Assembly: GCA_965205245.1 (NCBI GenBank)
Contig: CBDBGE010000005.1
Span: 888,770 to 952,769 of the forward strand
Direction of reading: 5' to 3'
Source of the DNA: Dehalococcoidia bacterium
Lineage (GTDB): Bacteria; Chloroflexota; Dehalococcoidia; Lucifugimonadales; Lucifugimonadaceae
DNA length: 64,000 bases
The translations under genes and the position numbers were made by a program. Under the pieces are notes generated by a model, which did not search any database, was not told the origin of the DNA, and saw only the letters and a list, made by a program, of their open reading frames with translations. Of the stretch, positions 44,443 through 52,900 are shown one piece after another (the first letter of the stretch is position 1; every line of letters begins with the position of its first letter).

Positions 44443-46860
44443 TCAGATTACGTCCCTGGCCCGCAGTCCGGCGAGTTCGGTCGCGGACTTACCCAGCAGT
44501 TCGGCGAGTATTTCGTCCGTGTGGGCCCCAAGGTCCGGCGGGAGTCTTCGAATGTCCGGCGTCCGACCGTCTATTCGCGCCGCTGCGCCGGGGAACAGGT
44601 CGAGGTGCGGGTGGTCGAGGCGATGCCAGAAGTCGGGCGAAGGCACCTCATCCCTCTCCACAACGTCTGAATTCAGCGTTACGGCAGCGGCGGGCACCCC
44701 GGCCCGCTGCAACCTGTCGGCCAACTCCCACGCGTCCTGAGGGGCGGTCCATGACGCGATGCACTCGTCCAACTCCTCGCGCAAACGCACCCGACCGCTC
44801 AGATCGCAAAAACGGCTGTCAATCGCCCAGACTTCGCCGTTCGCCGCGCTGCACAGGTTGTCCCACTCCCGCTCGCTCCCGACGGCAATCGATATCCAAC
44901 GGTCCTCGCCGCTACAAGGATAGACACCGTGGGGAGACGCGGTAGGGCTCGTGTTGCCGACCGTCGACGCAATCGTGCCGTTGAGCGAGTATTCCAGCAG
45001 CGCCTCGCCGATCATGTTGACGAGGGCCTCCGCCTGCGACAGGTCGATGCGCTGGCCGCGGCCGGTCCCTTCCCGCCGGTACAAGGCCATCGCAATGGCT
45101 GCGGCGCCGTGCACGCCTGCGACCGGGTCCGGCCAGATGTTCACCGAGTTCCGGGGAGCGCCGCCCTCGTACCCCGTCATGGACGCCACACCGGCGTATC
45201 CCTCCATGGTGGCGCCGTTGCTGACGTATCTCGAATGCGGACCGGAACTGCCGAATCCGGGCATGGAAATCACGACGATCCCGGGATTTATCTTCGACAC
45301 TACGTCGTATCCGAGCCCTAGCCGGTCCAACACACCTGCCGAGAAGTTGTCCGCTATCACGTCACAGTGCCGGACCAACTCCTTGAATAGCGACTTCCCC
45401 TCCTCGGTCTTTAGGTTCAGGATCAGAGACCGCTTGGAGCGGTTGAGCTTCAGCCAGTTTCGCCCCTTGTTGTAGATCTTCTGCCCATCCACGTCGTGGT
45501 CCACCGAGATCACCCCGCGCCACGCGTCCATCCGTTTCCACCACTCCAGCTTCAGCACGTCGGCGCCCCAGTCGCCCAGGACCATCGTCATCGTCGGACC
45601 GGCCAGCCGATGCGTGAGGTCCAGAATTCGAACGCCGTCGAGCGGCAACCTGCTGGGACCCGCCTCCCCGGCGCCGTTGGTCATACCGCTGCGCCCGGGA
45701 TTCGTCCGGGTCTCAACAAGCCCGTTGTCACGTCCGAGAAGCGGCGCGGCTTCCAGTTGGCCGGCGGGCGATTCACCGAGAATGAATGGCGGACCCGGAA
45801 AATCGACCTTGCCGACGCCCGGGACCGACACCTGCCTGAAGAATCCACGTTCCCTGAAATGAACGGATTCGACTACGGCTCTGGCGTCGTTGACTTTCGT
45901 AAACAGCACCCGCTTCGACTGGGCCTCGGTCTGCGCATCTTCGCCTCGTTTCGTTGAAAGCCATTCGCGTATCTCTTCCTTCAGAGCGCGTTCGTTGGCG
46001 TGGAATGCGGGTTGGGTCGCGAAACGCGGGTCTTCGGCCAGTTCCGGCTTCCCGATCACTTCAGCGATCGCGCCGATCTGGAAGTAGTAGAGCTGCACCG
46101 ACACGTGCCCGTCGAGGCAAGGCATGACAGCCGACGCATGTTCTCGCCGTTCGTCGGCCGGTTCATCCACCACCGCGGACGAACTGTAGTCGGACATGTG
46201 CGTGAAGAACTTCGTGGCAGACTCAACGGTTGATGAGTCGATGTGACAGCCGACACCGTCCCTGCGCGCCCGGAAAGCCGCGAACATCGTCAGCGCGCAG
46301 GCGTGGGCCCCGGCCATGTAGTGGGCCTGGTAGCCCCCGGCCTTCAGGGGCGGACGACCCCGCCCTCCGACGAGCGACATCAGGCCGCTCATGGCGTAGA
46401 GGTTCAGTTCCGAAATGCTGTATTCGTGAAACTTGCTGCCGGGCGGCGCGATCGGGATCGAGGTAACTACCAGGCGCGGGTTCAAGGACCGCAACGAGGC
46501 AGGTGAAATACCAAGCGACCCAAGGCGCCCCGTTTCGAAGTCCTCGACCAGCACGTCCGAGTTCACCGCGAGTTCCTCGACTGCGGTCCTGCCGTCCCCG
46601 GACTCGATGTCAAGTTCGACGCTGCCCTTGTTGGCGTTCAGGTAGGCAAACAGGACCGATTCCTGCCGACCGTTTTCGTCGCTATAAAACGGCGGTACCG
46701 CCCGCAGAGGGTCGCCATCGCCGGGCTGCTCCACCTTGGTGACCTCTGCTCCGAACATCGCGAGCAGCCTGGTGCAATAGGCGCCGGCAATGCCGCGCGA
46801 TAGATCCAGTACGCGCATTCCGGTCAGCGCAGACGCCGCGGTGGGTTCAACTTTGTTCAT
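44443..46860 (-). CDS. tandem-fused double family-III CoA-transferase
   Basis: Two complete CaiB-like modules sit in one ORF, each with the N-terminal signature: LTGMRVLDLSRGIAGAYCTRLLAMFGAEVTKVE and LDGVRILDLTHRLAGPTMTMVLGDWGADVLKLE. Confidence 0.8.
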   Translation of the reverse strand: MNKVEPTAASALTGMRVLDLSRGIAGAYCTRLLAMFGAEVTKVEQPGDGDPLRAVPPFYSDENGRQESVLFAYLNANKGSVELDIESGDGRTAVEELAVNSDVLVEDFETGRLGSLGISPASLRSLNPRLVVTSIPIAPPGSKFHEYSISELNLYAMSGLMSLVGGRGRPPLKAGGYQAHYMAGAHACALTMFAAFRARRDGVGCHIDSSTVESATKFFTHMSDYSSSAVVDEPADERREHASAVMPCLDGHVSVQLYYFQIGAIAEVIGKPELAEDPRFATQPAFHANERALKEEIREWLSTKRGEDAQTEAQSKRVLFTKVNDARAVVESVHFRERGFFRQVSVPGVGKVDFPGPPFILGESPAGQLEAAPLLGRDNGLVETRTNPGRSGMTNGAGEAGPSRLPLDGVRILDLTHRLAGPTMTMVLGDWGADVLKLEWWKRMDAWRGVISVDHDVDGQKIYNKGRNWLKLNRSKRSLILNLKTEEGKSLFKELVRHCDVIADNFSAGVLDRLGLGYDVVSKINPGIVVISMPGFGSSGPHSRYVSNGATMEGYAGVASMTGYEGGAPRNSVNIWPDPVAGVHGAAAIAMALYRREGTGRGQRIDLSQAEALVNMIGEALLEYSLNGTIASTVGNTSPTASPHGVYPCSGEDRWISIAVGSEREWDNLCSAANGEVWAIDSRFCDLSGRVRLREELDECIASWTAPQDAWELADRLQRAGVPAAAVTLNSDVVERDEVPSPDFWHRLDHPHLDLFPGAAARIDGRTPDIRRLPPDLGAHTDEILAELLGKSATELAGLRARDVI

Positions 46861-46944
46861 ATTGGTAGTGACGTAGCAGTCCCCGGCCGCAAACATGACC
46901 CCAGGTACGAGGCTGCAAAATGGCGGCAACAATCCTACGAAATT

Positions 46945-46973
46945 TTCAGCCTTCTTGGGATGTTTGCTAGAAT
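46945..46973 (+). promoter_or_regulatory. candidate promoter with an extended -10
   Basis: TTCAGC, a 17-nt spacer, then TGcTAGAAT. It lies 30 nt upstream of TTG 47004. Confidence 0.35.
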
Positions 46974-47003
46974 CCGCCGACGTTCACACTGGGGGTAACG
47001 CAA

Positions 47004-47846
47004 TTGGCTTTCAAACTAGGATATTCGACTTACGCGCTCGGAATGGTCGACCCGTTCGAGGCTGTCCGCAAGTGCAGGGAAATTGGTTACGAAGCGATCG
47101 AAATATGCGTTAAGGACGAATGGCCGACGTTCCCGGCAAGGTTCGACAGCACACAACAGAAAAAACTGGGAGACCTCTGCCGCGAGTTGGGATTCCCGTC
47201 ACCGATCATCTTCGGCAACATCAACGTTTGCGCAAGTGAAGACCAGGCGGAAGCCGTGCTGGCGGATGCACGGGCCAAGTTCGTCCTGGCACAGAACGTC
47301 CATTACGACGACACCCCCATACTGCTGACCACGACGGCAGGCCACGAAGCTATGCCCTGGGACGCCGGAGGAAAGGAACAGACCCGCGATTCATTCCTCC
47401 GCCTGGCCGATGTCGCGGCAGAGTACGACGTCATAATCGCGATCGAAGCTCACGCCGGTACGGACTTCGAGACGCCGGAAAAGGCCGCGTGGGTCATTGA
47501 GCAGACTCAACACCCTAACCTCAAGCTCGATCTTGACATCAGCCATTTCTACGTCGAGGGCGCAGAGGTGGCCCACAGCGTCGACGTTTGCGCGCCGCAC
47601 TCCGTGATGGTCCACATCAAGGACGGCCACAAGGACGAAGAGGGGGGTGTTCATTACTGCCTGACCGGCGCAGGCACGATCGACATCCCCCTGTTCATGA
47701 CGGCGCTCCGAAATAACGGACTCGAAGACATGCCGGTCTACAACGAGGTGAGCATGCAGCAGTCCGGCCAGCCGGACTACGATCCCTGGGGTACCGCGCA
47801 GTTCTGCTACGACGCGTTGGACAAGGCAAGGAAGGCAGTCGGCTAG
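47004..47846 (+). CDS. sugar-phosphate isomerase/epimerase (xylose-isomerase-like TIM barrel)
   Basis: 280 aa. The pattern FKLGYSTYAL...IGYEAIEI...IAIEAH...VHIKD is typical of AP-endonuclease-2/XylA-like TIM barrels. Confidence 0.7.
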   Translation: MAFKLGYSTYALGMVDPFEAVRKCREIGYEAIEICVKDEWPTFPARFDSTQQKKLGDLCRELGFPSPIIFGNINVCASEDQAEAVLADARAKFVLAQNVHYDDTPILLTTTAGHEAMPWDAGGKEQTRDSFLRLADVAAEYDVIIAIEAHAGTDFETPEKAAWVIEQTQHPNLKLDLDISHFYVEGAEVAHSVDVCAPHSVMVHIKDGHKDEEGGVHYCLTGAGTIDIPLFMTALRNNGLEDMPVYNEVSMQQSGQPDYDPWGTAQFCYDALDKARKAVG

Positions 47847-47892
47847 ACGACTGGACCGCCCCGCCGGAGAACCAACGGCGGACAGCGCCAAT

Positions 47893-48318
47893 ATGCGCCC
47901 AATCGGCATTCGGACCATCAACCACCAGGCGATGCCGTTCATGGATAAAGAGCGGGCGCTGGGATTCTGGCGCGACCTGCTTGGGCTGAAGCTGGTCCCG
48001 TCCCAGGAGGGGCCCGGCGGCGACAACCTGATCTGGCTCGAGGCGGCCGACGGCACGATGGTCCACCTACTCAGACGGGCGCCGGAAAGTCCACCCAACC
48101 GTCACACCGCCTTCGAGGTAGAGGACTTCGATCACGCTCTCGCGACCATGCGGGAAGCCGGTTTCGAGATAATCAAGGGTCCCCTGGAGCGGGCCGACGG
48201 CCAGAGGGCCTTTTACGTTTACGACCCCGAGGGCAACCGCGTGGAATTCACCACAGGGAGCGGCCTGAAGGCGTCGGACCGCGTCGTGGACGATGGCGGC
48301 TCCACGCGAGTGCCTTGA
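47893..48318 (+). CDS. VOC (glyoxalase/bleomycin-resistance/dioxygenase) family protein
   Basis: INHQAMPF...HTAFEVEDFD...FYVYDPEGNRVEF. Confidence 0.75.
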   Translation: MRPIGIRTINHQAMPFMDKERALGFWRDLLGLKLVPSQEGPGGDNLIWLEAADGTMVHLLRRAPESPPNRHTAFEVEDFDHALATMREAGFEIIKGPLERADGQRAFYVYDPEGNRVEFTTGSGLKASDRVVDDGGSTRVP

Positions 48319-48348
48319 CGCAAGTACCGGCCTGCGCCAGACCCGCCG

Positions 48349-49398
48349 TTACAATAACGCCTCGTTCAGCCTGACCCCGAATCCCGGCTCGTCCGTCAAC
48401 TGCACGCGCCCGTCCACCGGCTGGGGCGCGTCGAGCCAGACCACGTCCTTCGGGGCGTCCCTGGGTCCCATCACCATCTCGGCAAGCTGCTGGCAGCCCG
48501 ATCCTGCGATCAAGTGGAGTCCCCACGGCTCGCCACCGCGATGCGGCACAACGGGCACGCCAGCCTTGTTCGCTAGTTCGAGGATTCTAAGTCCAGCCGT
48601 TATCCCGCCGCACCACGTAATGTCCGGCTGCCAAACGTCCAACGCGCCGGCGCGTGCGATCTCGCGGAACCCATGGTGCGTGAATTCGTGCTCTCCGCCG
48701 GCTATCAGCGTCTCCCCCACTCTACCTCTCAACCCGGCCTGTCCAGCCAGGTCGTCCGGAGTAAGTACGTCTTCGAACCAGTGCACGTTCAAATCACGCA
48801 GCCGCCTTCCCATCTCCAACGTGACATCTGCCGTCCACGTCATATACGTGTCGATCATGACCTCCGCATTCGGTCCAAGAATCCGACGCACCGCGGCCAC
48901 CTGCTCTTCAGCCTTGTCGTAGTCAGATTCCTTTCCCGTCCAGCGATGGGGAATCTTCTGGCCGGTTATGCCAAGCTCGCCATACCAGCGTGAGTCCCCG
49001 CCGGTCGCATACACCGGCACCGAGTCACGGCGCGGCCCGCCGATCAAGTCCCTCACCGGCCGTCCCTCGGCCCGCCCGAGCGCGTCCCACAATGCGAGGT
49101 CGATACCGCTCAACGCCATGATCGCCGCGCCCTTCCGGCCGTATGGAATGGATGCCGCGTACAGATCATCCCAGATGGCGGCAATGTCGGACGGGGAATC
49201 GACCCGTGCCCCGACTGCAAGTTCCGCCATGTGCCGGTTGACGATTTCGACCGCTGCAACCCCACCCCCGCCGTATCCAAACCCAACGGTCCCAACATCG
49301 GTGTCTACCCGCACGACGATTTGCCACAGGTGCGTGCGCCAGGACGGCGGCACATGCCGATAACGTGGATAAACGGCCGTGATTGACGTGATCTTCAT
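48349..49398 (-). CDS. enolase-superfamily enzyme (mandelate racemase/muconate lactonizing, acid-sugar dehydratase-like)
   Basis: MKITSITAV...VRVDTDVGTVGFGYGGG... and a C-terminal barrel region. 349 aa from ATG 49398. Confidence 0.75.
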   Translation of the reverse strand: MKITSITAVYPRYRHVPPSWRTHLWQIVVRVDTDVGTVGFGYGGGGVAAVEIVNRHMAELAVGARVDSPSDIAAIWDDLYAASIPYGRKGAAIMALSGIDLALWDALGRAEGRPVRDLIGGPRRDSVPVYATGGDSRWYGELGITGQKIPHRWTGKESDYDKAEEQVAAVRRILGPNAEVMIDTYMTWTADVTLEMGRRLRDLNVHWFEDVLTPDDLAGQAGLRGRVGETLIAGGEHEFTHHGFREIARAGALDVWQPDITWCGGITAGLRILELANKAGVPVVPHRGGEPWGLHLIAGSGCQQLAEMVMGPRDAPKDVVWLDAPQPVDGRVQLTDEPGFGVRLNEALL

Positions 49399-49465
49399 AT
49401 TGCCGAAATGTCTCCTGGCGCGGCTTTCGCCTCCACCGCGCAGCAAACACGACTGCGCCGGCGGA

Positions 49466-50689
49466 TCAATCCACCCGCGGCGTCACCGTGCCGTACACGC
49501 CGTCGTAGCCGGGATCGACATCTACCCGGCCCTCTCGAACGGCCAGAACAGCTTGCGCGAGCCGCGTCCCTGAAACGCGTTCAAGATCGGCTGACGGTGC
49601 GCCCGTAAGCACGTTCAACTCACCCACGAACTCGTCCACCAGCGCCTTGTAATGCCGCCCTACCGTCTTCGTGGCGGGGCCGACCGACAGGCTGAATGAA
49701 AGCAATTCCCTCAACGGGACGAGCGACCGAAACGGCGGCCGGTGTTCCGGCCCTGTGACGAGTCCATCGCCATCAACTGCGGCACAGCCAGGCTTCGCCG
49801 CCAACTCGGTCACCCGGTTCAGGACACCTAGCGTAAGCGGCTTACCGCAGGCCGGGCACGTCGACACCTGCCCGTCTCCACCGCCCGGCTCGAACCGCAC
49901 GCCACACTTCCGGTGGCCGTCAAGGTGATACTTCCCATGGCCGGGGTGAAATTCGACTGTCTCGACGATGTCCTGGTTCCGCACCGCGTTGGCGAGAGAC
50001 GTGAAATTCGGTTCCGCCCTGAACACCGTCAACTCCCTGCCCATATTTCGCGGCGAATGGGCATCCGAGAACGACAAGATCGACCGCGAATCCACGTCCG
50101 GCACCATCCAATTCATGGCGGGGTCGCTCGACAGCCCCGTCTCGATGGCCGGGATGCGGTCCGCGGCGTCACCAAAGCACTCTTCGACCGAGTCGAAGCC
50201 CGATTTCGAGCCGTACATGCCGTACCAGGGAGTCCACACGTGGGCCGGTATGACGACGCACCTTTCGTCGGCCCTCCACGCAATCCCGGCCATGTCCCGC
50301 GCGGATAGCTTCAGCATCGGACGCCCGTCGGACGACAGGTTCTGGACTGTTGCGAGTCGCCTGTTTATTTGGTCGACGGCGTCGAAGTCGGGCGCCCAGA
50401 CCAGGAGATGCACCCGCCGGCTCTTCCCATCGTGCCGCCAGATGCAAGAGACCTCCGTGGCGAGCAAGAATTTGCCGCCGTGCGCCGTGTACACGCCCTC
50501 GTCGAACTCCGTCAGTTCGCCGCGCATCTCCTCCATCCACGCCGGGTGCGTGAAGTCCGGGGCCGCGAGCAGATCGATGCCCTTGGCGCGGCCCGAGTAA
50601 GCCAACGCGCGGAGATCGAGAGACCGGCTGGTCGCTAGCGAATAGCGGGAGTGGAGATGGAGGTCGGCGACAAGGCGGGAGGATGCCAC
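49466..50689 (-). CDS. endonuclease Q-like PHP-domain protein with a zinc finger
   Basis: ADLHLHSRYS, ETGLSSDP, SFSDAHSP, GKYHLDGHRKCG and CPACGKPLTLGVLNRV are laid out as in EndoQ/TIGR00375-type proteins. The family is recognised from memory. Confidence 0.65.
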   Translation of the reverse strand: MASSRLVADLHLHSRYSLATSRSLDLRALAYSGRAKGIDLLAAPDFTHPAWMEEMRGELTEFDEGVYTAHGGKFLLATEVSCIWRHDGKSRRVHLLVWAPDFDAVDQINRRLATVQNLSSDGRPMLKLSARDMAGIAWRADERCVVIPAHVWTPWYGMYGSKSGFDSVEECFGDAADRIPAIETGLSSDPAMNWMVPDVDSRSILSFSDAHSPRNMGRELTVFRAEPNFTSLANAVRNQDIVETVEFHPGHGKYHLDGHRKCGVRFEPGGGDGQVSTCPACGKPLTLGVLNRVTELAAKPGCAAVDGDGLVTGPEHRPPFRSLVPLRELLSFSLSVGPATKTVGRHYKALVDEFVGELNVLTGAPSADLERVSGTRLAQAVLAVREGRVDVDPGYDGVYGTVTPRVD

Positions 50690-50698
50690 CCCGCCAGT

Positions 50699-51877
50699 TT
50701 AACCGCCCGCGGCTTCGGCCGACTCGCGTCGTTCGTGGATCGTCCTCAGCAGGTGCACGCCGAGAAGCAAAATCGCACCCGTGAGGGCAAATGCGGCCAC
50801 GGCCACCTGTGCGCCGTACACTTCCGCCAGTGCTCCTACCACCATGCCGCCAACCGGCTGCATCCCGATCACGAGGAAGCGGAGGCTGAGAACGCGTCCC
50901 CGCATCCCGTCCGGCACCAGCATTTGAACACCGGTCATGTTGTTGACCATGAACGCCGTCATCGCCATGGAGGTGAGGGTGATCAGCACGATCGAAAGCG
51001 GGAACCATGACGATGCCGCGAAGGCGGTCAGCGTCAACGCGGCTATGACCCCGGTCGCGATGGCGACCTTTCTCTGGTCAAACCCGCCGGCCAGGGTGAC
51101 AATTCCCAGTGATCCGGCCAATGATCCGCACCCGGCGGCGAGCACGAGGTTGCCCAGCGCCGCGGGTCCCACGTTGAGGACCTTCGCCGCGAATATCGGC
51201 ATTAGCGCCTGGACGGGGCCAATCGTGAACGTGACTATCAACGCGCCGACCATCATCGTTCTCAGCGCAGTCGAATCGAACGTGAACGACAGGCCGGACT
51301 TCAGCGTGGTCATCATGGGTTCGCGTCGATTCGTGGAGGCCACCGGCCGGGGGCGGTGCAGAATGCCGTAAGCAACTATGGCCGGCAACATCATCGCCGC
51401 GCTCACGCCGAGCGCCCAATCGGGCCCCGACTTGGCTATCAGGAATCCGGCCGCAGAAGCGCCCACTATCTGGGCGGTGCTGTAAGTCGTCATCGACAGC
51501 CCGACCGCGGTCCTCAACTGTTCCCGGTGGACGAGCCCACCAACAAGCGTCTGCCGCGCCGGCATGGCCAGGGCAAACCCGATGCCGTTCCAGAATGAGA
51601 TGGCAATCAGGTGCCACCACGCCAGCAGGTCCATCAATGCCAGCAGCGTCACGACCGCGAACCCGGCGAATGTAGAAATGTCCGCAGCGACGATGACCTT
51701 CCGCCGGTCCAGCCGGTCGGCGAGCACCCCGCCGAACAACGACAGGAACAGCATCGGCAACATCATGCCGGCGACGACCATCGCCACGAGGAATGGCGAG
51801 CTCGTCAACCGCTCCATCATCCAACCCCTGGTAAGGGTCTGCATGGCGAAAGCGGTGAAAGTGACGAAGCCGGCCAT
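50699..51877 (-). CDS. MFS transporter
   Basis: 392 aa with about 12 TM. The frame is open for a further 62 codons upstream (..GQFRLYW precedes the ATG) but has no ATG, GTG or TTG there. Confidence 0.8.
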   Translation of the reverse strand: MAGFVTFTAFAMQTLTRGWMMERLTSSPFLVAMVVAGMMLPMLFLSLFGGVLADRLDRRKVIVAADISTFAGFAVVTLLALMDLLAWWHLIAISFWNGIGFALAMPARQTLVGGLVHREQLRTAVGLSMTTYSTAQIVGASAAGFLIAKSGPDWALGVSAAMMLPAIVAYGILHRPRPVASTNRREPMMTTLKSGLSFTFDSTALRTMMVGALIVTFTIGPVQALMPIFAAKVLNVGPAALGNLVLAAGCGSLAGSLGIVTLAGGFDQRKVAIATGVIAALTLTAFAASSWFPLSIVLITLTSMAMTAFMVNNMTGVQMLVPDGMRGRVLSLRFLVIGMQPVGGMVVGALAEVYGAQVAVAAFALTGAILLLGVHLLRTIHERRESAEAAGG

Positions 51878-52230
51878 CCAGTAAAGGCGGAACTGGCCTG
51901 ACCTGATTACCCCGAGAGGGTGGTCTCTGCGAGCGACGCGGGAGCGTCGCTTCGTTTGCCGCGCGGCTGTAGTTGTTGCGGGTCCGGTGATAGTAGCCGT
52001 GGCGGCGTCCCTCTTACGTTGACGCTGTTCGAGGGTTCGCCGGTACCCCCGGCGCCAGACCCGTCAGCGCTTAGTTGAATCTAGTATCCGCCTACGTTTT
52101 TCGTAACACAAGCGTTTTTTAACTGGATTTCGGCCAAGTTTGGGGCAACGCGTAATCGCCCAAGGCCGGTTTTAAGACGTGATACTGTTCGCAACATCGT
52201 CGATTTTGTCAGTCGGATCGGAGGCGACGA

Positions 52231-52476
52231 GTGACGCTGGAGCACAAGGGTTACGTGGGTATGATCGCCTACGACGATGTCGCGGAAGTGCTCTATGCCA
52301 AGGTAATTAACAGCGGGCCCTACTCGGTGGCAGAGGCAGAGGCGACCGATGTCGAGAGCATTAAGAGGGAGTTCCGCAAGTCTATTGACCTTTATTTGGA
52401 TTCATGCGCCGAAGACGGTGTAGAGACAGTGCCGCCAACGGAGGAGCCGGTGGAGTCCCGAGCTACTGCTGGATAG
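52231..52476 (+). CDS. HicB-family antitoxin-like protein (N-terminal domain only), no HicA partner seen
   Basis: HKGYVGMIAYDDVAEVLYAKVINS...SIKREFRKSIDLYLDSCAEDG fits the HicB (COG4226-type) pattern. GTG start. Confidence 0.6.
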   Translation: MTLEHKGYVGMIAYDDVAEVLYAKVINSGPYSVAEAEATDVESIKREFRKSIDLYLDSCAEDGVETVPPTEEPVESRATAG

Positions 52477-52621
52477 CCCCAATTTCCGTTGGGGTGGCGG
52501 CTCGTCCCAGCCCAACCCACTCGGCAAACGTGTTGAAACGCCAACCCATGGCCGGACCCTTGCGCCGGGCCAGACTGAATTACCCTGGGCAAGCCCCATA
52601 TCACCCTGCCGACCCCCTCTT

Positions 52622-52652
52622 CATGTCGTCCTTGAGCGAAGCGAAGGACCTC
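52622..52652 (+). repeat. second copy of the short interspersed motif
   Basis: ATGTCGTCCTTGAGCGAAGCGAAGGACCT, related to the minus strand of 35466..35500. Confidence 0.45.
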
Positions 52653-52789
52653 CCGTCCATCCAACAACCACACTCGCCTCTCAGACAGACCCCGGCTCCG
52701 ATCCAGCATCCAGGAGCGCGTGGCTGCGCGCAAACCGCAACCACGTAAATCCCAGTCCTCCGCCCCTCACGCGTATAAAATCAAAACTA

Positions 52790-52864
52790 CGGGGCGTGGC
52801 GCAGCGGAAGCGCACCTGCTTTGGGAGCAGGGGGTCGTGGGTTCGATTCCCGCCGCCCCGACCA
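52790..52864 (+). tRNA. tRNA-Pro(UGG): tRNA-Pro, anticodon UGG
   Basis: The cloverleaf was folded by hand. Acceptor stem CGGGGCG/CGCCCCG has the C1-G72 pair. The anticodon loop is TT-TGG-GA with G37. The T-arm is GTGGG-TTCGATT-CCCGC. Discriminator A and the CCA end are encoded. Confidence 0.9.
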
Positions 52865-52900
52865 ATCCCCTTTACGAGAGCCCACGGGAGTGAGCCGCGA

